Shown: piece after piece, positions 49,710-60,568 of the stretch
How the letters are laid out: each line of letters begins with the position of its first letter
How positions within the stretch are numbered: position 1 is the stretch's first letter
DNA from: Oopsacas minuta
Lineage: Eukaryota; Animalia; Porifera
Assembly: GCA_024704765.1 (NCBI GenBank)
Contig: JAKMXF010000066.1
Span: 751,854 to 815,853, forward strand
Direction of reading: 5' to 3'
DNA: 64,000 nt
Translations under genes and position numbers: made by a program
The notes under the pieces: generated by a model
The model's input: only the letters and a program-made list of their open reading frames with translations
Database searches by the model: none
What the model was told of the DNA's origin: nothing

Positions 49710-50300
49710 TTAAGTTGAAGCTACAAATGTGTCAGATATATCGTCTCTGTCACAAATTTCATCTATAGAATCCATACGGCTTTCTTTAAACCTCAAGTGT
49801 GTAGGTAACATCTCCTGATAAGCACTCTCCGTACTGATCGATTTCTGGAACTTATTTCGACTATTTGTTTGTGCTATTGTTTGTTCTGTTGTTGTTAATG
49901 TTGTTGATGGTGGTGTCGTGGGTGTCGTTGGTAAAGATGTTGGTGTAGGTGGTAGTGTGTGTGTATTTGCAAAAGATGTTAGTACAACATTTTGTCTACA
50001 ATTCAATCGAATATTTCCTCTTTGATTTTCTATCATACCAGCTGGGTTGACTTCAGAGTAAATTGTACCATCTCTTTCCAAACGGGGTTTAACTTTTCGT
50101 GTAGTTTCGTTCTGAACTGATCTCTCTCCAATACGATAACAAACCACACAACAAACTACACAACAACTTACACAACAACATATAATAATCAAAACAACTC
50201 CAATTATCCCTGTGAGGATTTTTTCTAGCAATATCTTTACGGGAATTATCAAAACCTCTTCTTGAGTTGCGTTTAATCCTGAAGGAATTATTTCAACCAT
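49710..50300 (-). CDS. Small single-pass membrane protein with a Cys-rich juxtamembrane segment and Tyr tail (transmembrane-adaptor-like G)
   Basis: TM ILTGIIGVVLIIICCCVSCCVVCCVVC, then TIYSEV and SAYQEM. The 5' end is uncertain because an AG acceptor lies just upstream. Confidence 0.6.
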   Translation of the reverse strand: MVEIIPSGLNATQEEVLIIPVKILLEKILTGIIGVVLIIICCCVSCCVVCCVVCYRIGERSVQNETTRKVKPRLERDGTIYSEVNPAGMIENQRGNIRLNCRQNVVLTSFANTHTLPPTPTSLPTTPTTPPSTTLTTTEQTIAQTNSRNKFQKSISTESAYQEMLPTHLRFKESRMDSIDEICDRDDISDTFVAST

Positions 50301-50529
50301 TTCTATGAAACTTTAATTCTCATATTCCCTACGGTTTATATATCAAATTCACCACATTCATTTCTGTATTCGTAAGCTAAAAGATTGTTTAGTTGTCAAT
50401 TCTATACAGCCGATTTGTGGTACTTTTAACAAGAAATATGGCCCAGGATTATCCAAGTATTAAATCTACCTAATCATGCTATTTTGGATAAAAAATATTT
50501 TTGGCTTAGGTAGGCTCTATTAATAGAAC

Positions 50530-50830
50530 AAATCTCAAATCACCGCCTGTGCAGACTAAAATTTACCAAATTAGCTTTTGTTGATTATTGAAGTTATATT
50601 ATTCTATTAAATATCAGTTTTAGCAAAGAAAGAAAACATTCTTAGACAGTTGAAAGTGTCAAGTTTGAATTCTACTTCCCTTTTACCCCTAGTTAACAAG
50701 TGGAAGCTAATGTCTAAGATTATTTTAAACTGTTTACTAAAATGTGTGAAAATATGATTAATCAGTGTGTGTGTATATAGTTAATAGAATGTATTGACCA
50801 ATTTAATTGCAGTCTACATCCATACAAATA
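50530..50830. repeat. Interspersed ~300-bp repeat; second copy at ~51780-52095 and inverted partial copy at ~57608-57725
   Basis: Shared blocks aacaagtggaagctaat, ggtgtgaaaatatgattaatca and aatagaatg.attgaccaat. Confidence 0.7.
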
Positions 50831-51089
50831 CATGTCACTACGAGTACACATGCCAAATTTGGTACCATAATCTCTAAAGGTGTGTATAGGAGAGCGAAAA
50901 CAGTCGGAATGTTCCCACAAAATAGACATTCCTAATTCACTGACCTTAGCAACAAAAGAGTTGACCAATAGCTTATAATTCAAAATTCCAACAAATGTAT
51001 ATTGAGCTGTAAAAACGCTTGTTATTATTACAATTTGACACCTCTGTAGAAATATGAGTAATCAAATAATATAGAGCTAACAAAGGCTA

Positions 51090-51575
51090 TTACTTGTTTA
51101 CGTAATGGTGATCAGTTGGTGGTGTGAAAAATCTCACTTTACTTGGTTCGATATAATCATACTGAAAACTATCATCACTTGCCTTGTTGTTGTTTATTAT
51201 GCTGTATCTATGAGCTGTTGATGAGATACTTTCATAAATATTTTGTGCGTTGTCAAGTAAAGAATATCTAATATTGTTTTCCGTGTCATCTCTGATGATC
51301 GAATTCTGCCTCCTACATTTGAAATTTTTGTATATTTTGTAAGTTTTTAGTGGTACTTTCCTATGTAAATAATAAAAGCAACAACAACAAAAACAACATG
51401 TAAATATGCATATTAAGCATAAACAAACTGAGATTATCGCGAATATAATCGTAGAATAAAACCAAAGAGTTTTAGTTGAAAAACATTCAGTCAATTCTTC
51501 GAAAAGATAGCTTTCTATTTCTGCAAAATTTAGTTCAACAAAAGTTAAAAGTAAACACAACAACAAATAAATCAT
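51090..51575 (-). CDS. Transmembrane-adaptor-like protein H (161 aa): signal peptide, ~15-aa ectodomain, TM, poly-Cys, Tyr tail
   Basis: CLCLICIFTCCFCCCCFYY; RRQNS; NIYESI; SFQYDYIE; HYVN. Confidence 0.65.
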   Translation of the reverse strand: MIYLLLCLLLTFVELNFAEIESYLFEELTECFSTKTLWFYSTIIFAIISVCLCLICIFTCCFCCCCFYYLHRKVPLKTYKIYKNFKCRRQNSIIRDDTENNIRYSLLDNAQNIYESISSTAHRYSIINNNKASDDSFQYDYIEPSKVRFFTPPTDHHYVNK

Positions 51576-52184
51576 TTTGAATTTGTTTAGCTTTTGTGTA
51601 TCAAACGTGTATTTATGTAACTTCTTATTAACACCAGATTTTAAGCTTTGCCTATACTTAAAATGATTATATGAATTTTCTTACACACATGTGATTTGTG
51701 AAAGTCTATTTGTTGTTATTGAGTATTACCTAATGATGAATAAGAGTTCGGATCAAAGTTTGGATAAATTCTAAGAACAAAAATCCAAAATCGCCGTCTG
51801 TGCCGACTTTACCAAATTAAGGATTATTGAAACTGTATTATTCTATTAAATATCCATTCCAGCAAAGAAAGATAAATTTGAACTTTAATAATCTTGTTAG
51901 ACGTCTGAAAATGTTAAAATCGAATTATACGTCCCTGTTTACCCCTATTTAACAAGTGGAAGCTAATCTCTAGGATACTCTTGAAATATTCACCAAAAGG
52001 TGTGAAAATATGATTAATCATATGATAAATCAGTGTATATATATATTTAATAGAATGCATTGACCAATAGAATTACAGTCTACATCAATACAAATGCATT
52101 ACAGTGCTAACTAAACTACAAACACTCCATCAGAACTACTTCACACTTAACACTTCCTCCACTTTAATAATATTATGAATATAC

Positions 52185-52766
52185 TTAAGGTATTGTGTAT
52201 ATATTATTAACACTTGGAACTTTAGGTAGATCCACGTAATCGTACATGAAACTGCTATCATTCTCAGCAGTAAAACTATTACTAAATGTTCTTGTTGGTA
52301 GACTAGGATTAGATGTTGATAATCTGCATACCATTGCTTGTGTTTGGTTGCTAAGCATAGTTGTGTCAGTCATTAGTCTTCCGTTGGTGTGTAAGCTATT
52401 AATAGTATCATAAAAGTTCGATTCTTCAATTCCTTGTTTGGTAGTTTTTCCCTTTTGAAGTGTGTTTTGCCTTCTAGCGTAGTAAATTTTTGTAATCCTG
52501 CCATTATTACATTTTTTATAACAACAAAAACAACAACAACAAATTATAGCACCAACAAAACAACAACAAATTTCAACACCTAAAATACCAATAGTTATAT
52601 GGAACCACATATTTTGTGTTAGTTGCGGACTCGAACAATTTTGCCCATTCACAAGCGGGCAAAATAAAATGAGAACTAATAATGAAACAAACTCCATCTC
52701 TCTCTTCAATTCATCATATTTTTGTCCGTTTATATATTTCAGGATTTCCTGTGCAGTTCTACGCAT
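52185..52766 (-). CDS. Transmembrane-adaptor-like protein I, paralog of H; probable start at the internal MEFVSLL
   Basis: Signal peptide, tiny ectodomain, TM with ICCCFVGAIICCCCFCCY, RRQNT, FYDTI, SSFMYDYVDL, IYTIP. Confidence 0.65.
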   Translation of the reverse strand: MRRTAQEILKYINGQKYDELKREMEFVSLLVLILFCPLVNGQNCSSPQLTQNMWFHITIGILGVEICCCFVGAIICCCCFCCYKKCNNGRITKIYYARRQNTLQKGKTTKQGIEESNFYDTINSLHTNGRLMTDTTMLSNQTQAMVCRLSTSNPSLPTRTFSNSFTAENDSSFMYDYVDLPKVPSVNNIYTIP

Positions 52767-53600
52767 ATATTATACTATACTATTGATTCAGTTGCAGTAA
52801 ATACCTTATTTACGTAATTAATGTGTGGATGCTACCATAAGCAACTTTGCGGAGAACTCTATTATGTTGAAAGTTAACCTAAGTAATTGAACTATCTGTA
52901 ATCTGCAAGTTTTGGGAATTTACACTTTCAATCATTACACCCCGAGGAGGGGCGTGTTCAGAGTGCAAATAAATAGCATACTGATTAGATGGGACATCGT
53001 GGGATGTAGTATATTTGCATTGGACTTCTAAAGCGGATAATTAAGGTTTGTGGCAAGTTTTGGCGGGACACTAGCCTCATTGACCCTCAACACATGTCCA
53101 AAAAAGCCAGCGGGATGTCCCGTCAAAATCGGAACAGTTGGCAAGTATGCAATAACTCCTGCGGGAAGAGTATCTTATCGGACACCCTCCTTCAAATTGG
53201 GTGACGAATCCAGTTAATTTGTATATCACATCTCAACCAATATAGAATCTCTTCCTTTCCAAGTGTGTAAACAATTAAATTTGATTGTCCAGAAACATAA
53301 CACGCCATTTTCCAAAGAGGTGTTAACATTATTGATCCACTATTTATAGTATAGATTAACAAACGCATATTCACTAATCACTATTAGTTCCATATTATAT
53401 CATATTTAATTATTTCCTTAATTATCCTATTCATAAACCCAAAATTGAATTAAGGTAAATTGAGAGATACCAAATTCAAATTGGAACAATCGTATGTACG
53501 ACAAACACCCTTTCAAATTCCAATTTGTGACGTGACAGGTGTCTTCAAATTTTGGTATATATTATGAAGTTAGCGACACAAATCAAATACTCAATCCCAA

Positions 53601-55965
53601 ATGATACTATTTTCCTTAATAATATGCTGTGTTTTTGCAAACAAATGTTTTGTATTTGCAATGCTTCCGAGTTTTGAAGCTACGAATATTTGCAATCAAC
53701 GAATTCTCACAGATATCTCACAAACTGCAATTGATAATCTCGTTATGTACTCAAATGTTTTATCATATCAACTCCCCGGAGAACTTCAAATACCTTTAAT
53801 TACCCAAAACGAATCATTTTGGCTGTTGAATTCGATGGACACTATAACCTTCGACTTCCAATACGCGTTAGCAAAACAATTCTGGATAACTGGCATTGCT
53901 ATAAATCAAAACGTCCCTTACAATCCTTCGTTGGAAACATTTTGCAATTTTGGAATAGACCCAAACGACGCACAATTCTATGCAATAGATAATATTTTCG
54001 ATAATAAGGTAAAGTATTTGGAATCAGAGTATATAGAGAATGACAAATATTCATTTGATCCTACTGGCAGAGGTGTGAATGTCTCCGTTAAAATAGCAGT
54101 CAAGCCAGTTCTATCAGATGGAATTAAGGTAATTTTCATTTTTCAGAATAGTGTAATCTCCACAAATGAGGTCTTTGGTAACTGGAAACGGAATATAAAT
54201 AGACCGAGTTCTATAGCATTTTTGGCGTCCCTGTCACCCTGTTTGTGTAATATGGGGTCTAGAATTTGACCCTCATCCAATATTATAATTAGTAAACCTC
54301 TACAGATCACCAAGCTGTATGGCAAGGACAACACATTACCACGCTGTGTACGTATAGACTTATACGGATGCGAGATGACTGAGACTTCTTTGATTTATCC
54401 AACAATTCTCTTCTACAATTCTCCAATACCTGATGTGATAATCTCCACAGAGGACACTAATATTCATTATACTGGTGTCTGCTCAGAACTGTCTTGTACA
54501 GGGGGAATGGTATATTGACAGATGGACTATCAGGTGAGACTCTTAATGTAATTAAAGACAGGGAAAGTGTCTATTGGCTGGGTCAATTGTCCTGAGACAT
54601 CTTTTTCTGGTAGAGGCCACTCTGGCGTTCATTTTGCAATTTTGAAAATGTGGATATATAAAGTGGTTGGCCACAAGTTTGTGGTTGCATAATTCCACTT
54701 TTGGAGTTTTTTTTAGTGCCATATTGGGAAAGGTGTTAAATATACTATCATAAATAAATTCGTTGCAACAACAAACAACATGTAAATAACTTCTTATTCT
54801 ATTTTTAGGTTCACAAACATACCCAGACAACACAATCGGATTCAAGAATTGTTCAAATTGTGAAATCACATTTTTCTTCAATTCATTGGTAAATATAAAC
54901 GTTATTAAAATACATGGAGTGTCTACATTAACACCAGAAGCTTACCCTCCCTACAGAGTTATGATTCCAGACGAAGGTGTTGATAAAATCACATATGATC
55001 CTTCAAACTTCACAAGAGGATTTGATTACTCAACAGAGATGTATTATTGTATAGAAATACAAAGAAATTTCGAGTCTTTGCCAAGAATATCAATACAATT
55101 GGAAGCGTTTAATAACTCAAATATTTTACTGAATGAGATACAATTCTATTCAGGGATTGTGTCATTAAATTCTCAAACTGATATTCAAGAAATTGAACAC
55201 CAAGAAACTACTACCACACCAGGACCTAGTAATCCACTACCACCACCAACACGACCACCACCACCACCAACAGCACCACCACCACCACCAACAGCACCAC
55301 CACCACCACCAACAGCGCCACCACCACCACTGCCAAATGGAAATATACTTCCAGCAACTGAGCCATCTGAACCAACTGAGTTTCCACCTCCCCAGCCTCC
55401 TGGAACGACTGTGGATAATATTTTCGACCTCAGTTCTCCCACTACGATAATTTCAATCCTCCTGTGTTTGGTATGCACCCTCACAGGCTGTGTAGGTCTA
55501 TTTATAGTAACAATCTGCTGGTTTTTATTGATAAAGTATAAACTACGCTATGTTGTGGTGAAGGAAGAAGTGAAAAAACGCAAAATGCATCAAGAATCAA
55601 TGTCAAAAGGCACAATTCCAACATACACCCAGGCAACCGAAATGGCATTTGAGAATGTTTCAGATAGCACATCCGCCAGGACACCACCGTTACCTCAAAA
55701 CCACCCTCTCCCTAATTCGTACCCTCAGGAGCAAATCTATGAACTGATCCCTAATGACAGAAGGCAACATTCGATAGTCAGAAGTGTCTACGAAGTAGAA
55801 AATATGGATGACTTTACCCTTGGGAATTATGCGGAGTTACAAATACATGCAAATACTAATCCGTTCAGTAATACTTCAATAAGAAGTCCTCAATATAACT
55901 CCAATCACTTAACCATCACGGAGAACATCGAGGAAGGATATATTGCAATGTCCCCCATTAAATAA
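53601..55965 (+). CDS. Kinase-less DDR-like receptor J with a Pro-rich stalk. Exons 53601-54128, 54306-54533, 54809-55965; a -1 frameshift in the G5 run at 54501-54505
   Basis: RCVRIDLYGC...YTGVC...CTGG[NGILTDGLSG after adding one base]. Exon 2 is 228 nt, whereas all six paralogs have 3n+1. ILLNEIQFY; (PPPPTA)n stalk; TM; tail with QIYELI, NYAEL, GYIAM. Confidence 0.72.
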
Positions 55966-56409
55966 AGAGTATATATTTTGTTGTGTGTGTATTTTAACTT
56001 TATTTGTAAATAAATTTAGTAATATCTAAGGTGTTAATACGTCTTATACGTTCAATCTACAATTTTTGGTGACGTAACTTCAATTGGGCTAATTACTACA
56101 ATAAATATTTACATCAAAACAGAAATTCTCGAATGTTAATGAGTAATCTCAGCATAGTTACCCAAGTTATGTAATACTTGATAATAGAGTGATTTATACA
56201 AGTCTAAACATGTCAAAAGCTAATATTTTGTTGTAAACCTAGAAGTATAATTTATTATACGTTATACGCGTATTATACAAGTTAGACATTTACAAGGTTT
56301 TGAAGGGATATTTCTCCATAGAAACCGAATTGCCACTTTCGTTTGGGACTTAACCACTTTTAATCTAAGAAATTCCTTTAATAATACACGGTCTATTATA
56401 TTATATACG

Positions 56410-56491
56410 TGTGTAACTTGAGAATACCAATTGACGTCAATGGTTGCTATGGTAATTTCAGTGAAATTATTGAAACAAATTGTAGATTTAA
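56410..56491. repeat. ~80-bp direct repeat (second copy at 57447-57527, inverted partial copy at 57550-57589) containing a CRE palindrome and an X-box-like motif
   Basis: tgtgtaacttgaga.taccaattgacgtcaatggttgctatggtaatttcag occurs at both sites. Confidence 0.85.
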
Positions 56492-56510
56492 TACAATTGA
56501 AACAACTTAA

Positions 56511-57330
56511 TTAGTATATTTGCAGATTGAAATCAGACTTATGAGACACAACAAAAATAGTTCCAAATTGAGAGATACAAACACCAAATGGATGAGTAAC
56601 TTTCTCCAAATAATATCCTTTGCCCCTTATGGCATGGATTGGTTCCCCTGAGGGAGAAAGTATCTTGATACCCTGACAGGAATAATCGGTAGTGAAAATA
56701 TTCCCTACTGGATCCAAACAGAAGAACAATGGGTCCAAAACCATATCCGCCCACCCCTGAGTAACACACGAGTTTATTAGGTGTCCATTTCTAGAGAAGA
56801 AGTGGACACAATTCGGACTCCCGTCTAGCACTACTATGCTGTTTGGAGTTACTTTAACGTCTCTAGGATAGTTCAGCTGTTGAGTACCCAAATAATTTAT
56901 GAATTTAAGTTCATTTGAGTAAATACAAACTTTGTGATTTATATTTTCAGCCACATACACATCTCCGTTATAGTCTATACAGAGCCCACGTGGATGAGTT
57001 AGCAGTATCTCTCCTGATCTTGTGGCATCAGCCCTCGCTACATTGAAATCACTGAATTGGAACAATTGGCAATAATAGTTCGTAACGAAGACATGATCTT
57101 CTGTTACTGCTACTCCGTAGGGCCTCTTGAGTATGCCTTTTCCAAAATCAGTGACGAAGTTTCCCTCAAAAGTAACAACTTGTATACGACAGTTACCAAA
57201 ATCAGCTATGTATATCAGCTGATTAGGTTCATATATAGCTAGACCGCAAGCATAAGTAGTTCATTATTAGCTTTCCCTTTCTTCCCTACAGTTATGACAG
57301 GCTGGTTCTTGAGAGAGTAGTCCAGCTCCC
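56511..57330 (-). pseudogene. NHL-repeat (beta-propeller) protein gene fragment with an apparent frameshift near 57255
   Basis: DYSLKNQPVITVGKKGKANNEL / YACGLAIYEPNQLIYIAD..RIQV..., PYGVAV, HPRGLCID..GDVYVAE, YPRDVKV, HPFGVCIS. The 5' segment is in a different frame from the rest. Confidence 0.7.
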
Positions 57331-58110
57331 ATTCTTTCATCTCAGCAGACATACGAGCATTCTTTGATTTATTTGTTGCTATTTTGTTTAGAGTTTAGTT
57401 TGTTAGAAATAATATTAACAAATACAGAATAGACTCTATTTATATTTGTGTAACTTGAGAGTACCAATTGACGTCAATGGTTGCTATGGTAATTTCAGAA
57501 ATGTTATTGAACAAATTGTACATTTTAACTTTAGCTATATAAACTAGTGATTACCATAGCAACCAGTCACATCAATTGGTATTAGTCAAATATATAGACA
57601 CCCTGAGTTATCATATGATTAATCATTATTTCACACCTTTTGGTGAACATTTCAAAATTATCCTAGAAATTAGCTTCCATTTGTTAATTAGGGGTAATCA
57701 GGGACGTAAAATTCGATTTTAACAATTACATTTGCTGCCAAGTCTCCGTATATTTGACTGCAATCTACATTTCTAGTTTACATGTACTTGTAATGCTTTG
57801 TTAACGATGAAGGTCAATATTCAAATTCCTCAGTGTTGGTACCTACCTCGGAGTAGTACGAGTTAATTACTCAAAGTATGTACGATAATATCAAATAGTT
57901 CTTTGATAGTTTGTTGTATGCTGATAGTGATTATAGGTTATTGTTTACAAACGCGAAAGCGTCAATATTTCTACATTTATTAATGATTATTAATAAAAAG
58001 TTGTTGTCTAATGGCACTTGTAAAAGCAAATTAAAACCTGTTGGGGGTCATTAAGGGATTCTTCACTAAAAATTATATCATACTCATTGTACATTCCTTA
58101 TCTAGCTTCA

Positions 58111-58124
58111 GTTTCCATAGCAAC
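58111..58124. promoter_or_regulatory. Candidate RFX X-box (GTTTCCATAGCAAC) 10 nt upstream of the TMED start codon
   Basis: Close match to the imperfect palindrome GTNRCCATGGYAAC. Motif match only. Confidence 0.35.
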
Positions 58125-58133
58125 AACTGAACT

Positions 58134-59108
58134 ATGCTCATTATAATAATACTGCTACTACTAAACTCCTATGCCACATCCATTGAGCTAACGTTTGAGT
58201 TACCAGATCGTAGGGAACAATGTTTTAGCGAGAAAATTGAGATTGACGTCGATTGCATGCTCGAATATCAAGTTATCACCGGGGGTAATTATGATATCGA
58301 TGTTCGGTTATTCGATCCTGATTCTAATCAACTTTATGCTGAGAAGCGGAAAGAGTATGGCATACATTCCTTTAGGACAATAGAGGAGGGAGAATACACA
58401 TTTTGTTTCAGTAACGAGTTTTCTACTGTAACTCATAAACTTGTTTATTTCGAGTTTACAGCCGGAGATGAGCCGATTGATCCAATTGATACAGGTATAG
58501 TTCATATGTGTAAACCCTCAAATCTGATAGGTCAACACATTTGTCACCTATCTCAGTGAGTTGTGGATATATATGTTAGATATTGGAACATGTTCCTTTG
58601 TGTACCACATTCCACACTTGTGTCAAATTTCTAGTTTGTAGCTCTTACCTGTTCCTCAATAAATTGAGTTCTATGTACAGTCTATTCCCGTTATATCAAA
58701 CACGGATATATAGAAACACCCGCTTATATCGAGGTGTGAAATTGTACAAATATAGTCCCAAACCGTCAAGGTATCATAAAGCTATATCGAACTCCGCTCA
58801 TATAGAAGTAATCGCGGTTCTTGGTGCGTCTACGTATATGACGGAATGTCTCATTTCTAGGTCAAAAGCACACAGCTCTGACTCATATGGAAACTAAAGC
58901 TGTATCAATTCACAATGCAATGAACATGATAGTTGATTATCAGACCCATCACAGGATCAGAGAGTCCCATGGAAGGAGTATGGCGGAGCGAGTGAATGAA
59001 AGAGTACTCTGGTGGTCCTTACTAGAGACCTGTATAATTGTATTAATATCAATTACACAAATATTGATTTTAAGATGGTTTTTCGTTGACAAGAAGTCAG
59101 CCATATGA
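58134..59108 (+). CDS. TMED7: p24 gamma-subfamily cargo receptor (TMED3/TMED7-like). Exons 58134-58494, 58861-59108
   Basis: ELTFELPDRREQCF, GOLD domain YQVITGGNYDID...YTFCFSNEFSTVTHKLVYF, ALTHME, DYQTHHRIRESHGRSMAE, C-terminal TM and FF. Confidence 0.85.
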
Positions 59109-59599
59109 TTAATTAAATTATAGCATATTTGTAGTGTATTGGATTGAAAGGTGTTAAGCCCACAATGTGTCATGTCCGTGTTTACTTACCTGCAGACGAT
59201 TAATCATATTTTCACACATTTGTATAAATTACAATTGGCTACGTATGTATAATAGTCATATGTGGGCATTTTCAAAGTGCTTAATCATATTATGAAAAAT
59301 CTAGAAATTCTATTTTTAGACACTGCTCTCATTTATAAGTGGTGGAATTATTAATAATTTTACAAAAGTACACCAAAGCAGACAACACCTCTATAACAGA
59401 CAAGCTCGTGGAACGAAATAAGTTCATAATACATGTGCTGGACACGTTTGGGACATCGCTTCTGTCCGTTGTAGAGGGATTGTCCGCCTCTCGGAGTGTC
59501 CTTTTGGGGAGGTGTTAAGAAACTATTTCCAGGAAAAGCGTGGAAATTATTGAACAAATGCCTTTGATAACATTTTATTTCTTTACTAGTTATTTACTA

Positions 59600-60238
59600 A
59601 TGTCAACACCATCTCGCCGCCGCCTCGTCCGTGACCTCAAGCGGTTACAGCAAGACCCCCCTCATGGGGTAATAGCTACCCCCATGGATAACAACATAAT
59701 GCTTTGGAATGCTCTGATCTTTGGGCCAGACGATACACCCTTTGAAAACGGGACTTTTAAACTTGTAATGGAGTTCTCAGAAGAATATCCTAATAAACCG
59801 CCAAAAGTGAAGTTCCTTTCTAAGATGTATCACCCTAATGTATATGCTGATGGAAGTATTTGTTTGGATATACTGCAGAATAGGTGATGAGTTGTTGATA
59901 GAAAACAAACAAACAAACAAACAAGCAAACAAACAAACAAACAAACAAACAAACAAACAAACAAACAAACAAACAAACAAACAAACAAACAAATTAATAC
60001 AATACTATTCCCTAGATGGAGTCCTACATACGATGTATCAGCTATATTAACATCTATACAATCACTATTAGATGAACCAAACCCGAACAGTCCTGCTAAC
60101 GGACAAGCAGCCCAACTCTACAACGAAAATCGGCGAGAGTATATTAAGAAGGTCCGCGCTATTGTTGAGGAGTCCTGGCAGGCTGCGGAGAACGCAGATC
60201 CCCCTAAAGAGAAGGAGAAACACGGGGTAGCAAATTGA
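59600..60238 (+). CDS. UBE2A: Ubiquitin-conjugating enzyme E2 A/B (Rad6). Exons 59600-59883, 60016-60238
   Basis: [21 protein letters not shown]...[46 protein letters not shown]; the catalytic Cys is present. Confidence 0.95.
59902..59993. repeat. (AAAC)n microsatellite in the UBE2A/B intron
   Basis: About 22 near-perfect AAAC units. Confidence 0.95.
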
Positions 60239-60568
60239 ATAATGCGTCTAATTTAAAACTGATTGAACTCTGTATTGATTAGTATTTATATGTCATATGT
60301 GAATTGCTGGCAAGTTAATTAGTTGATAAACAAACAAATAAACAAATAGACACACAGACTGACTAACAGGCAGACTAACAAACACACACACACACATATA
60401 GTTCAACAGAGACCTATCTGACCTTTGGAGGCTGATTGAGCACAGTCATATAGCTAAAGGTGTGAAAATATGATTAATTATAATCATCACACAGACACAT
60501 GAATATTTGTTTGTGTTATTGTTTATTTCCCATTTATTTGTATTAATTTGTTATAATATAATTAGCAA

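Noticed and set aside
50762-50983. ORF ending in ...MYLYGCRL, superficially like the ELYGC discoidin motif; considered as an upstream exon for ORF G
   Set aside because: It overlaps interspersed repeat sequence (also at ~31860-31915) and lacks the rest of the conserved exon-2 motif and suitable splice sites.
55185-55484. Gly-rich minus-strand ORF and His/Gln-rich alternative-frame ORF (55193-55450)
   Set aside because: Alternative readings of the (CCA)n Pro-rich stalk of receptor J.
59540-59599. Upstream extension of the UBE2A/B ORF given in the ORF track
   Set aside because: The conserved Rad6 N-terminus MSTPxRRRL starts at ATG 59600; the upstream part is pyrimidine-rich non-coding sequence.
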